From the NCBI RefSeq assembly GCF_036365525.1, contig NC_090379.1, positions 28,449,790 through 28,513,789 of the forward strand: a stretch of DNA of 64,000 nucleotides. Direction: 5' to 3'. Below the pieces are notes generated by a model. It saw only the letters and a list, made by a program, of their open reading frames with translations. It was not told where the DNA came from and searched no databases. A program made the position numbers and the translations under genes. This DNA is from Heterodontus francisci. Taxonomy: Eukaryota. The number at the start of each line of letters is the position of its first letter. Position 1 is the first letter of the stretch. This document shows, in pieces, positions 48,094 through 61,588 of the stretch.

Positions 48094-49171
48094 ATTAATT
48101 CTGTTCCTGTCTCCACAGATGCTGCCTGACCTGTTGAATATTTCCAGCATTTTCATTTTTTAACATAACTCTCCTTACAGAGTAAAAGGAAAATTGTACG
48201 GAGGCGTTAAGCCATCTAAAAATGAAATATATCAGGATGACCCACATTTTCCCATTTAAAGTGTCAGCATTTTCATCAAAATATGCAGATCTTTAAGTAT
48301 TCTCTACAAACCGCATATAAGATCTTCATGGCATGTAAAAAAATACGTTCAGAAAAATCTTTCTTATGATACTAGTGAAGTCTGATGAAAAACAAACCGA
48401 GCAGCAAAATAAAAGCACAGTGAGGATTGTGCACTGCCACAATTTAAACCCAAGCAATATTTTTTGTCGGCTGAAAAATTCAACCTTTTTATAGTTTTTG
48501 CTTTGTTTTCAAGAGATTAAAGCTGTGCATGGAATAACGGTAGATATTGTCAAGTTTAATTATCTCACTGGCTATAAAGGGATAATTTACAATGGCGTAC
48601 AGCACAATTTACAGTTCACAGAGGTATTTGCAGAAGTTAGATTTTTCCACGAAAATGACTTATGAATATTTGAACAGAATTAATGTTTATGCTTGATTTT
48701 TCGAAAGATTTTTTAGAAAATTCTGTGCTCATCAAGCTGAGGAGGTTTTGAGCTGAGAAATAAAGATTGCATTCATATAGCACCTTTCATGTATTCAGCA
48801 CCTCAACAGTATGCTTCACAGCCAATGAACGCCTTTTGAAGTATAGTCACTGATGTTAAGTAGGCACATGCATCAGCCAATTTGCTCAGACCAAGTTCCC
48901 ATATGGAGCAGTGAGATAACTGATGAGTTAATTAGTTCTTTTGTGGTATTCATTGAGGGATAGATTATAGCCAGGACACTGGTGGAACTCTCTGCTCTTC
49001 AAGGAAAAGTGTTGTTAGACCTTTTACGCCCAGCTGATCAGGCAGAAAAGGTCTTGGTTTAATATATCATCTGAAAGACATCAGTATCACACAGATGCGT
49101 CTGCCTAAATTATATGCTCACGTTCTTCAGTGAGACCTGCACTTATGACATTCTTGCTCAGAGTTGAGAGG

Positions 49172-51110
49172 TTTTCTTTCTTTGTTTCATGGGATGTGGG
49201 CATCTCTTGCAAATCCAGCATTTATTGCCTATTCCTAATTGCTCTTGAGAAGATGGTGGTGAGCCGCCTTCTTGAACCGCTGCAGTCCATATGGTCTGGG
49301 TACACCAACGGTGTTGTTAGGGAGTTCCAGGATTTTGATCCAGTGACAGTGAAGGAACGGCAATATATTTCAGAGTCAGGATGGTGTGTGGTTTGGAGGG
49401 GAACTTGCAGGCTGTGGTGTTCCCATATGTCTGCTGCCTTTGTCCTGCCAGGTGGTAGAGGTCGTAGATTTGGAAGGTGCTGTCGAAGGAGGCATGGCGA
49501 GTTGCTGCAGTGCATCTTGTAGATGGTATATACTGCTGACACTGTGTGTCAGTGGTGGAGGGAGTGAATATTTAAGGTGGTGGATGGGGTTGCCAGTCAA
49601 GCAGGCTGCTTTGTCCTGGATGGTGTCAAGCTTCCTGAGTGTTGTTGGAGCCTCACACTTATCCAGGCAAGTGGAGAGTATTCCATCACACTCTTGACTT
49701 GTAGCTTGTAGATGATGGCCAGGCTTTGAGGAGTCAGGAGGTGGGTTACTCGCCAGAGAATTCCCAGCCTCTGACCTGCTCTTGTAGCCACAGTATTTGT
49801 ATGGCTGTTCCAGTTCAGTTTCTGGTCAATGGTAACCCCCAGGGTGTTGATAGTGAGGTATTCAGTGATAGTAATGCTGTTGAATGTCAAGGGGAGATGG
49901 TTAGACTTTCTTTTGTTGGAGATCGTTATTGCCTAGCACTTGTGTGGCACGAATGTTACTTGCCACTTATCAGCCCAAGCCTAAATGTTGTCCATGTATT
50001 GTTGCATATGGAGATCATTATCTGCGGAGTCACGAATGGTGCTGAACATTGTGCAATCTTCAGCGAACATCCCAACTTCTGACCTTATGATGGAGGGAAG
50101 GTCATTGATGAAGCAGCTGAAGATGGTTGCGCCTAGGGCATTACCCTGAGGAACTCCTGCAGTGATGTCCTGGGGCTGAGCTGATTGCCTCCAAAAATCA
50201 CAACCATCTTCCTTTGTGCTAGGTATGACTCCAACCAATGGAGAGGTTTCCCCTGATTCCCATTGACTCCAGCTTTGCTCGGGCACCTTGATGCCATACT
50301 CAGTCAAATGCTGCCTTGATATCACTCTCAGCTCACCTCTTTTGCCCATGTTTGGACAAAGGCTGAAATGAGGTCTGGAGCCGAGTGCCCCCGACGGAGC
50401 CCAAACTGAGCGTCAGTGAGCAGGTTGTTGCTGTTTAAGTGGCAATTGATAGCACTGTCGACGACATCTTCCATCACTTTGCTGATGATCGAGAGTAGAC
50501 TGATAGAGCAGTAATTGTCCGGATTAGATTTGTCCTGCTTTTATGGACAGGACATACCTGGGCAATTTTCCACATAGTCAGGTAGATGCCAGTATTGTAG
50601 CTGTACTGGAACAACGGTTAGGGGTGTGGCTAGTTCTGGAGCACAAGTCTTCAGTATTATTGCCGGAATGTTGTCAGGATCCATTGCCTTTGCAGTATCC
50701 GGTGCCTTCAGCTGTTTCTTGATATCACGTGGAGTGAATAAAATTGGCTGAAGACTGACATCTGTGATGCTGGAGTGCTCAGGAGGAGGCCGAGATTAAT
50801 CATCCTCTTGGCATTGCTGGCTGAAGATTGGCGCAAATGCTTCAGCCGTTTCTTTTGCACTGCTGTGCTGGGCTCCTCCATCATTGAGGTTGGGGATATT
50901 TGTGGAGCCTCATGACTGAATGTGGCAGGACTGTAAAGCTTTGATCTGATCTGTTCGTTGTGGGATCGCCTAGTTCTGTCTATTGCATGCTGCTTCCACT
51001 GCTTGGCATGCAAGTATTCCTGTTCTGTAGCTTCACCAGGTTGACACCTCATTTTTAGGTCCTGGCATGCTCTCCTGCACTTTTTATTAATGGTACTGGT
51101 AGAGTGAGGA
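49172..51110 (-). mobile_element. Second, 5'-truncated and deleted copy of the tRNA-headed LINE family
   Basis: Reverse complement aligns with ~8700-10744. Confidence 0.88.
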
Positions 51111-51119
51111 ACAGGCAAG

Positions 51120-51511
51120 TTTTTTAAATTATTTCATGGGATGTGTTCGCCATTGACAAGGCCAGCATTTGTTGCCATCCCTAATTGCACTTGAACTCTT
51201 GAACCTGTGAGGCCATTTCAGAGGGCAGCTAAGAGTCAACCACATCGCTGTGGGTCTGGAGTCAATGTAGGCCAGACCAGGTAAGGATGACAGATTTCAT
51301 TCCCTAACTGAACCAGATGGGTTTTTGCAACAATCGATGATAGTTTCATGGCATCATTACTGATCCTAGCTTTCAAATCCAGATTTTTATAAGTGAATTG
51401 AATTTAAATTCCGCCAGCTGCCGTGATGAGATTTGAACCTGTGTCCCCAGGACATTAGCCTGGACCTCTGGATTACGAGTCCAGTGACATTACCACTGTG
51501 CCCCCATCTCC
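51120..51511 (-). mobile_element. SINE made of the tRNA-headed LINE's 5' ~300 bp joined to its 3' tail
   Basis: Sense strand GGAGATGGGGGCACAGTGGTAATGTCACTGGACTCGTAATCCAG... matches 7461-7765, then CAATTAGGGATGG..AAATGCTGGCCTT..CACATCCC matches 10675-10744. Confidence 0.88.
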
Positions 51512-52869
51512 TCTCCCATGAGGTATCACCAAATGTGCCAACCCAACCCATGTTACGGACTCCTGTGTCAAAATGAAGCAGGTTCAGGACAGGCATTTCT
51601 CTTTTTCCTCCTCCTCCTCTGGTACATTCCCCACAATTTTTGCCCCACCCATTCAGCATTCCCATAATCACCATGCATCATTCTTTCCCTGAAAGATAGG
51701 ACAATTTCTAGGTGTGAGGTATGTAGCTGCATCAATCGTTCAGCACAGTGTTAACTTGCAACAAAATCTTGCCTGTTCTCTGTTAAGCTGCATCAGTAAG
51801 GGTAAGGTGGTGCAAATGACCTGGAATCCAAAAAGTAAAGCTAGTCGGTGATCATGGTGTGTGGCAATTTTGGAGCACATTTTAACCACAGAAGAATGTC
51901 TCCCAAAACAGCAGTGTCAAAGCTATTGGCTAACATCAATAAACATATGGAAGGCTCCAATAAACAATTACCCCTTAATTTCTGTATAATGAATTATTTC
52001 TAAGTCATTATTGCTTTATGAAACCAGCATGGATTATTATTTTCCTGTTTCTCCTTCAGTTCAATAAATGTTTACACTTACTTTGTTGCCCAAGAACCAA
52101 CAGCTACTGAAAATGTCCACTGAACTTAGGAGCTCAAGTATCATTTTGTACACTGTTTTCCTGCACATGGATTCACCCTGCTGGTCGGATCTTCCAATAC
52201 TAACAATATCGGGTGTCACCCATTGCTCACTAGTAGCTGTCTTGCCACTGAGTTAGAAGGTTGTGGGTTCAAGTTCTGCTCCAGAGACTTGAGCACATAA
52301 TCCAGATAGACACTTCAGTACAGTACTCAGGGAGTGCTGCACTGTTGGAGGTGCTGTCTTTTGGATGAGACATTCACTAATGTAAAAGATCCTATGGCAA
52401 TACTCGAAGAAGACAAGAGAGTTCTACCCAAATTCATTGGGCTGAGCCCTTCCTAGAGAGGGGACGCAAGTCCTCCTCTCTTGCAAGATAAATTAATTTA
52501 AGCTGCCAATCTAATCTTTCATCCATGTGGGTTTATAGTACAAAACTGTTTATAAATTGGGACTAATTGGGTAAACGCTCTTGGTGCACATTATCGCTAC
52601 TAATTCCAACGGAGCAAAGTCATTTCTTTCAGCATCCTTAAAAGACAAAGGAAGCTTTCTAATTAGTCATCTGTTTAAACCTTCTATCAAAGCTCCACCA
52701 TGATCATTCTCGCATTACACAGTAGAATTAGTATTCACTGTGGATTTAAAACATTTTAACATGTTCAGTCATTGTTTTTGCCTCATTTATATTCTACATG
52801 AGTTTTTCAATCTGTCTTGCCTGTTCTGCTATTACCACCACCTGACTTTTGTTATATTTTAATTGATTT

Positions 52870-53580
52870 ATACTGTGTGTACAGCTTATTAAAAGAAGTT
52901 GAGGAAGAGATAGCAGATGCATTATTATACATCTATAAAACAATTCATTCGAAAAGGGTACAGTCCCAGAAGACTGGCATAGAGCTGTTTTTCCTATATT
53001 TGAAAGGGATTTAGAGCAAGTCCAGGGAACTATAGATAAGTTAACTTAACATCATGATTGGAAAGATAATGGAATCATTACTCAAAAAAAAAACCATCTA
53101 GAAACAGAAAATACAATAAATAGCAGTCAGCACGGATTCCAACAGGAAAGATCATGCTTGACCAACCTTAATTAAATTCTTTGAAGAAGTAACAGAAAGA
53201 GTAGTCAAAGGTAATGTGGTAGATGTAATATATTTGGATTTTCAGAAGGCCTTTGATAAAATCCCACATAGTAGGCCAGAGCATGTGGAATCAGGGGACA
53301 GGTAGAAGAATGGATAGCAAACTGGCTACAAAATAAAAAAACAGACAGCGGAAGTTAAAGACAGATCCTGAGACTGGCAAAAGGTGAAAAGTGATGATCC
53401 ATATGGATCAGTGCTGGGACCATGTTAATCAAAATTTAAATTACCAATTTGGACTTAATTCTAAATTTGCAGACAACACTAAACTGGGGGGGGCGGGGGG
53501 GTGGTGGTGGTGGGGGGGGGGTGTGTGTGTGGGAGGTGGGTGGTGGTGATTGGCAGCATAGTTAATACAAAGGTTGATTT
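52870..53580 (+). mobile_element. Old CR1 RT fragment
   Basis: LKEVEEEIADAL; QHGF; YLDFQKAFD; KFADNTKLG. Confidence 0.75.
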
Positions 53581-54844
53581 TGACAAAGGATATATCCCTA
53601 CAGAAATTAAACCTGGCCTTAAAGGGCCCTACAATTCAACACAAATCTGCCTTATAACACTGTGTATGGTATAAAGCCCTGTCATTAGAAAACAGCATAT
53701 GCTCTAGATTGCCATGAGCAATGCCATAGAAGATCTGTTTCTAATACATAAAACACTGTTTATTTTTCAGAGAAAAATTCAGTTGAGAATACTGGATATC
53801 TGGGAGCTGTTGCACATTGGGAATTTAATTAGTTCAGATACTGTATACAACGCAAAGGATTTGTATCTTTTTTTCTGAAATTATTATTTTTCTTTATTTT
53901 TTTGGCATGAGCGACAGCCGACATCCAGGTCTACATCAGTGTTACTCTGAACAAACAGCCTTATGAGGAAAAAAAAAGTCCTTTCCTTTCCCAGCTTTTC
54001 ATGGATAGAAGCGCAGGACTTGATATTTCCCACAGTGATGTGGCTGTCATTGAGAACTCACCAACATGGAGAATTCTAAGGGCTAATTGATGTCTCATTA
54101 TTTCTTGACCACCAGGTGCTGCTGTTCTGACAGTTCCTCACTTTCAATAGAGTGAAAGCTTTTTTACATTTTTATCAAGAAATTTTTCAAGTTTATTTTG
54201 ATGACCTATATTTTTACATATACTCTGACCTCACACTATGCTCTGGAGTAAACATGTCTAACATCTACAATGTCGCTTGACCACCTGTGTAATCCATTCA
54301 CCAACAGCTTTTCTCTGAAGGGCTACATTATGAAGATCTATAGTATTTAAGGCTGCATGACAAAAATATGTTTTGTGTTTACGACTAAATTATGCAATTA
54401 CACATGAATCTAGCAAAGAAGTGTCCATTACATAAGCTCCTATGGGTAGCAAATTGGAGTATATAATGTTGAAATAAGAATAGACACAAAGATGGTTTGT
54501 TATAAAAGGAGTATTTTTCTTCAGTTTTATTGAGAATCTAGTTCCACTCACATTATACTGCAGGAGTATTCTATATTTCAACAGTGACTACACAAATGTG
54601 CTTAATTAGTGTTTTGGAATGTTCTTGTTTATGAAAGGGTGTATAGATAGATGCAAGTCTTTTACATACTAATACTTTGTTTTATTGGGATGGTTATGTA
54701 TTTGGTTCTTGTGATCTTATCAGGTCAAAATCAATCTTTATTTTAAAATTTAGAAAATCCAATATAGAACTGATTGAAGGACAAGAATTTTAACTCATTC
54801 AAAACTCATCCACTGGCAGAGTTAAAATCAGGACAGGCCCTTGT

Positions 54845-55565
54845 TCTAAAATAAAACTAAAAAGTGCTGGAAATACTCAGCAGGTCTGGCAGCATCTATG
54901 GAGAGAGAAGCAAAGTTAACGTTTCAGGTCTGTGACCTTTCATCAGAACTGGCATAGGTTAAAAAGGTGATAGGTTTTAATCAAATAAAGCAGGGGTTTG
55001 GGGGGGGGGGGGGTGGGGGGGGGGGCGTGGGAGGAGAGAACAAAAGGGAAGGTGCGTGATAGGATACGGAACCGGAGAGATTAACTGACAAGGAGGCCAT
55101 GGGGCAAAGGCAAAGAGAGTGTTCTAGTGGTGGGGTGAAAGACAAAGCATTAGTGGAGACAGAGGTTAAATGACAGAATAATGAACAGCATTAGCCAAAA
55201 GCACAAACATGAAAAACCCAGTTTAAGGCAGTCACATGATATAAAAGATGATAAAAACAAAATAAAGTAAAACAATAATAAAAAAAGCAGCCAGTCACGC
55301 TCTGAAATTATTGAACTCAACGTTCAGTCTGGAAGGCTGGAAAATGCCTAATTGGAAAATGAGCTGCTGTTTCTCGAGTTTGCCTTGATGTTCACTGGAA
55401 AACTGCAGAAGGCCAGGACGGACATGTGGGCATGAGAGCAGGGGGTGGGGGGGTGGTGTTGAAATGGCAAGAAACCGGAAGCTGGAGGTCATGCCTGTGG
55501 ACTAAGTGGAGGTGTTCCACAAAGCGGTCACACAATCTGTGTTTAGTCTCCCCAGTGTAGAGGCC
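54845..55565 (-). mobile_element. Penelope-like element 3' end (GIY-YIG tail plus pseudo-LTR)
   Basis: EHQGKLEKQQLIFQLGIFQPSRLNVEFNNFRA*; hammerhead at 54914-54950. Confidence 0.85.
54914..54950 (-). ncRNA. Minimal type-I hammerhead ribozyme, best-preserved copy
   Basis: Sense AGTT-CTGATGA-A-AGGTC aca GACCT-GAAA-CG-TT-AACT with palindromic AACGTT at stem III. Confidence 0.8.
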
Positions 55566-56156
55566 CTTGTTCTCCCTTTGTCAGACAAATGCATACATAT
55601 GTTGAACCAAAACAGATGTAGTAGATTAATATGGTAAGCTAATCGTGCTACAGTTTAGCTTTTAATTACTTGTTTCTTCTATTTTGTTTGGCTTGCTAAT
55701 ACATTAAATGAAACATCACTATCATTGGCAGTTTTGCATCAGAATTGTACTCATGAGTTCAGGCACAGGAGCCTCAATGTCTACTGTTCTGCATTTCAGA
55801 CATTCTTCCATCTGCTTACTACACAATGTCAGCCAGTTCATTTATATTACAAAAATACAATAATCTAAAACAGAGCATAGTAAATTACAAAAAGTGATCA
55901 TAAATTAATTAGCATTTCAAAATTTTAAAATTCAGTATGAAAGTTTAATGAGGGTCTTATTCTAATTAAGTGATTACAGGCTGTTACAGTTGCAAATTAA
56001 ATATACTCACATCCTACCTATACATTATTGCCCTGTTCCTGTAATATTTCATTTTGTAAGCTGAAACTGTTCTTTCGAGTTGATGGATTACTGCAATTGG
56101 GAATAATTTTGGAATTTCAATAGATTTAACTCTGAACTCTCAACACGGTTTTCAAT

Positions 56157-57002
56157 TGTCATACAGGCCTCCACCTGCCAAGAATGAGGCACATATATTT
56201 CGCCACATGGACATTAAATTTTAAAATTGTTCCTGGGAAGAAAAGAAGGCCTATTACAAGGGGTTGCCAAGCCGCTGGCTGGAAAGACATTTTTTTCATA
56301 CTAGCAGACAGTGTTGGAAAAAAGGAACCACTCTCTGCCCCAATAAACAGAAGAGACCTGGTCAAACCAGTCAGTCACATGACCACCTACTGGACAACTA
56401 GGGGAGTTTTAAATTGGAAAACAGAATATGAACTCAGAAAACTGATTGCTCCTGGACGGAAAAGACATCTCGTGGCTGGCTGGGTGCAGCTTCTCCTGGC
56501 TGCTTCCATCTCTTTCTCACGGAACTGAAGACCCATCGAAGATACATGAACCCCAAGAGAGAAAAGTCTCCGACAGTGAACAAGGTTTAAGAAGACTACT
56601 GGGCCCCAATGAAAAGCAAGTCTACCTAAGGACTCTACAGTGAGCTCAAAACACAGTACCAAACCCACTTCAGAGATTGCCTCACACTTTTTGACTTTAT
56701 TTTTCTTCTGCTCTTTTCTGTTCCTATTCGCATGTGTGTAGCGTGTGTGCATGCTAGCATGGGCACGTTGTGTAGCCTTGGGCATTAACCAAATTAGAGT
56801 TTAAGTTTTTAATAAATTTCACTTTTCTTCTTTAAACCTAAGAAAGCCTGTTTATGCTCATTTCTTTGCCTTATAACTGGAAAGCAGTGAACAAGGATTC
56901 ACCAAAGGGGGAGCTCAAAACACAGTGTGTTTAAAAATTAAATCTGTTACAGGAAGACCAAGCGAAGGCTGAAAAAGATACCTTTCTCACCTGGTCATAA
57001 CA
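56157..57002 (+). mobile_element. Solo LTR (~845 bp)
   Basis: TGTCA...ATAACA termini; AATAAA ~56811; same family as 61589-62430. Confidence 0.8.
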
Positions 57003-57055
57003 CAGCTTTTAAAACATTTGCCACATGCTTCATCATTTCCAAGCACATCACAAAG

Positions 57056-58260
57056 ATTAGCACCACTGGCTAGGTTGTAGAGTGAGGCAGAGTGGTCTGC
57101 ACATTGATGCAGCTAACACGAATGTGCAGAGCAGATAGTGGTGGTGAGAATAGCCTAGGAGACAACTTGGTAGAGGGTGAGATCCTCTTACAACTCTGCT
57201 GAGAAGGGCAGAGACCAGGACTTCAGGGGACCAGCAATAAGACGAGATACTGCTAGGCTCATGAAAGCAGTTATACCAGGTATTGGAAGTCTTTCCAAAT
57301 GGCTTCGCCACCAAGACTGAAAGCACAAGGAGTTTGCTGCCAGCCTATGCGCTGTCATCCTGCAGGACAGCAGCACTCATCGGAGTGTGTGGACACCTTC
57401 AGGCCCTCAACAGGACTCCATGTTTGCATGCTTTGGTGGAGGCTCAAAGGGCTGCCATACAGGCTTTGAACTGAAAGCTCTGCTCCTACTTGGAGAGGCA
57501 GATGCCCACCCAGGAGAGATTGGTGGAGCAAGTGGATAGAGGCTTTAAAAGGCATTGCTCATTTTCTTCAGTCAACCCTCCCGCACAGTGGAAGTGATGA
57601 CCCCAGACCCATGGGAGTGGTAGTGATGGAGCAGCTGTGGCATGTGATACCTTCTCTCAGAATGCCAGCACCTCTGCTTCCTCCTCAACACCCTTAACCA
57701 ATTCCCAGTATGGTGTCAGAAAGCCAGCTAGGATAGACCCCTCTGCAGCTGTTTGCAGCTGAGCCATCTCAGGCTCAAGTACACAGGAGTCACAGGCCAT
57801 TGTCATCCCTGGGGCCCCACATAAGCAACCGCAGCAATATCAGTTCTATTGAAGCCACTGCAGGAATATCTCATAGGGATAGTAGAATGTGGACATCTTC
57901 TATTCGGAAAAAACATTATGGGTTGAACACTTGGGTGTCAAGAGATTTTGGTTAAATCTATTTATACATAAGAGAAGGTTATTCATTTTTTCACATTTAT
58001 GAGTTTGATATTTGGTCACTTTTCATTGCAGCTAGTTTGTCTGCATTCTCAGAATGTTGGCTGAGTAGTTGGCTGTTCTGCTGTACAAAATGAAGAGGGT
58101 GGTGAAGGGATTAACAAGGACTGTTAATGCAGATGGGCTTCTTATAAATTTTCAGGTGAGTGATTGAGCAGGTCAATGTAAGCACTGAGTGACCAACAGC
58201 TTCCTGGCCTCTCTGTTTGTCAAGCATTGTCCAGGTTGCTTAAGCTACTGCTGCTGCTTC
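57056..58260. mobile_element. Probable internal Harbinger fragment
   Basis: Low-complexity helical coding-like sequence similar in style to 36380-37000; no termini seen. Confidence 0.35.
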
Positions 58261-58479
58261 ACTTTCTCCAACTGTTCCACCGTCCATTAGAAAGAAGTAA
58301 AAATGGCATCAATTATAAGCTGATAATGCCTATTCTGAGAGATTATCGAAGAATCATAGACTGATACTGCACTGAAAGAGTCTATTCTGCCCATTGTGCC
58401 TATGCTGGCTCCTTGACAGAGCTATCCCAGTCCCCTCTTTCTCCTCAAGTATTTATCCAACTCCTTTTTGAAAGTGACA

Positions 58480-60697
58480 CGTTCCCACAACGAAAAAGGG
58501 TGGGATGGTCAAATCTAGAGTCCATGGATGTTAAGGAGTTTACAGGGTAAGATAAGGCAGTAAAGGAAAGCTTATGTCCGAGTGTGGGAGTCTTTCAAAC
58601 GTCAGCTGATTAGAATCCAGGACCAGCATGTTCCTGTGAGGAAGAAAGACAAGTTTGGCAAGTTTCGGGAAGCTTGGATAACACGGGATATTGTGAGCCT
58701 AGTCAAAAAGAAAAAGGAAGCATTTGTAAGGGCTGGAAGGCTAGGAACAGATGAAGCACTTGAGGAATATAAAGACAGTAGGAAGGAACTTAAGCAAGGA
58801 GATAGGAGGGCTAAAAGGGGTCATGAAAAGTCATTGGCAAACAGGATTAAGGAAAATCCCAAGGCTTTTTATACATATGTAAAGAGCAAGAGGGTAACCA
58901 GGGAAAGGGTTGGCCCACTCAAGGACAGAGATGGGAATCTATGCGTGGAGCCAGAGGAAATAGGCGAGGTGCTAAATGAGTACTTTCCATCAGTATTCAC
59001 CAAGGAGAAGGACTTGGTGGATGATGAGCCTAGGGAAGAGAGTGCAGATAGTCTCAGTCATCTCATTATCAAAAAGGAGGAGGCGTTGGGTGTCTTGCAA
59101 AGCATTAAGGTAGATAGGTCCCCAGGGCCTGATGGGATCTACCCTAGAATACTGAGGGAGGCAAGGGAAGAAATTGCTGGGGCCTTGACAGAAATCTTTG
59201 CATCCTCATTGGTTACAGGTGAGGTCCCAGAGGACTGGAGAATAGCCAATGTTGTTCCTTTGTTTAAGAAGGGTGGCAAGGATAATCCAGGAAATTATAG
59301 GCCGGTGAGCCTTACGTCAGTGGTAGGGAAATTATTAGAGAGGATTCTTCGGGACAGGATTTACTCCCATTTGGAAACAAACAAACTTATTAGCGAGAGA
59401 CAGCATGGTTTTGTGAACGGGAGGTCGTGTCTTACTAATTTGATTGAGTTTTTTGAGGAAGTGATGAAGATGATTGATGAGGGAAGGGCGGTGGATGTTG
59501 TCTATATGGACTTTGGACTTTAGTAAAGCCTTTGACAAGGTCCCGCATGGCAGACTGGTGCAAAAGGTGAAGTCACACGGGATCAGAGGTGAGCTGGCAA
59601 GATGGATACAGAACTGGCTCAGTCATAGAAGACAGAGGGTAACAGTGGATGGGTATTTTTCTGAATGGAGGGATGTGACTAGTGGTGTTCCGCAGGGATC
59701 AGTGCTGGGACCTTTGCTGTTTGCAGTATATATAAATGATTTGGAGGAAAATGTAGCTGGTCTGATTAGTAAGTTTGTGGACGACACAAAGGTTGGTGGA
59801 GTTGCGGATAATGATGAGGATTGTCAGCAGGATATAGATCGGTTGGAGAATTGGGCGGAGAAATGGCAGATGGAGTTTAATCCGGACAAATGTGAGGTAA
59901 TGCATTTTGGAAGGTCTAATGCAGGTGGGAAGTATACAGTAAATGGCAGAACCCTTAGGAGTATTGACAGGCAGAGAGATCTGGGCGTACAGGTCCACAG
60001 GTCACTGAAAGTGGCAACGCAGATGGATAAGGTAGTCAAGAAGGCATTCGGCATGCTTGCCTTCATCGGTCGGGGCATAGAGTATAAAAATTGGCAAGTC
60101 ATGTTGCAGCTGGACAGAACCTTAGTTAGGCCACACTTAGAATATTGCGTGCAATTCTGGTCGCCACACTACCAGAAGGACGTGGAGGCTTTGGAGAGGG
60201 TACAGAGGAGCTTTACCAGGATGTTGCCTGGTCTGGAGGGCATTAGCTATGAGGAGAGGATGGAAAAACACGGATTGTTTTCACTGGAACGACGGAGGTG
60301 GAGGGGCGACATGATAGAGGTTTACAAAGCTATGAGCGGCATGGACAGAGTGGATAGTCAGAAGCTTTTTCCCAGGGTGGAAGAGTCAGTTACTAGGGGA
60401 CATAGGTTTAAGGTGCGAGGGGCAAAGTTTAGAAGGGATGTGCGAGACAAGTTTTTTACACAGAGGGTGGTGAGTGCCTGGAACTTGCTGCCAGGGGAGG
60501 TGGTGGAAGCAGGTACGATAGCGACGTTTAAGAGACATCTTGACAAATATATGAATCGGAAGGGAATAGAGGGATATGGGCCCCGGAAGTGCAGAAGGTG
60601 TTAGTTTTGGCAGGCATCAAGATCGGCGCAGGCTTGGAGGGCCGAATGGCCTGTTCCTGTGCTGTACTGTTCTTTGTTCTTTGTTCTTTGTTCTTTG
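58480..60697 (+). mobile_element. Young CR1 ORF2 (313 + 376 aa) broken by one frameshift
   Basis: GGACTTT duplicated at 59508-59521 shifts the frame; (TTCTTTG)n tail. Confidence 0.93.
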
Positions 60698-60849
60698 TTT
60701 GACACTGAGAACTCAATACTACAGAAAGCCAAGAGGAGTTTGGAATTTGGAGAGGTGAAATCAAAAAAGAAATTAGGAAAGCAAAGAGAGGGCATTGGCA
60801 AGCAATATATATAAACTATAAACTATAAACTGAGAGAGGGGAATATATA

Positions 60850-61530
60850 ATGAGACCTGGGTGTCCTCGTACACCAGTTGCTGAAGGTAAGCATGCAGGT
60901 GCAACAGGCGGTAAAAAAGGCAAATGTTATGTTGGTCTTCATAGTGAGAGGATTCGAGTACAGGGGCAGGGATGTCTTGCTGCAATTATACAGGGCCTTG
61001 GTGAGGCCACACCTGGAATATTGTGTGCAGTTTTGGTCTCCTTATCTGAGGAAGGATGTTCTTGCTATAGAGGGCGTGCAGACAAGGTTTACCAGACTGA
61101 TTCCTGGGATGGCGGGATTGACGTATGAGGAGAGATTGAGTTGGTTAGGATTATATTCACTGGAGTTCAGAAGAGTGAGGGGGGATCTCATAGAAACCTA
61201 TAAAATTCTAACAGGACTTGACAGGGTAGATGCAGGAAGGATGTTCCCGATGGTTCCAGAACCAGGGGTCATAGTTTAAGGATACAGGGTAAACCTTTCA
61301 GGACTGAGATGAGGAGAAATTTCTTCACCCAGAGAGTGGTGAGCCTGTGGAATTCGTTACCACTGAAAGCAGTTGAGGCCAAAACATTGTATGTTTTCAA
61401 GAAGGAATTAGATATAGCTCTTGGGTCGAAAGGGATCAAAGGGTATGGTGCAAAAGCGGGAACAGGCTACTGAGTTGGATGATCATAATGAATGGCCTAC
61501 TCCTGCTCCTATTTTCTATATTTCTATGTT
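60850..61530 (+). mobile_element. CR1 3' fragment
   Basis: LVRPHLEYCVQFWSPYLRKD; CR1 3'UTR. Confidence 0.88.
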
Positions 61531-61588
61531 TACCATATGCTAATTTAACAGCCTTCTTGCACCTGCAAAGATTTGTGCGCATACATAT

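Noticed and set aside
59508-59521. Programmed frameshift in CR1 ORF2
   Set aside because: Explained by a 7-bp tandem duplication absent from the sister CR1 (ATGGACTTTAGC at ~24049).
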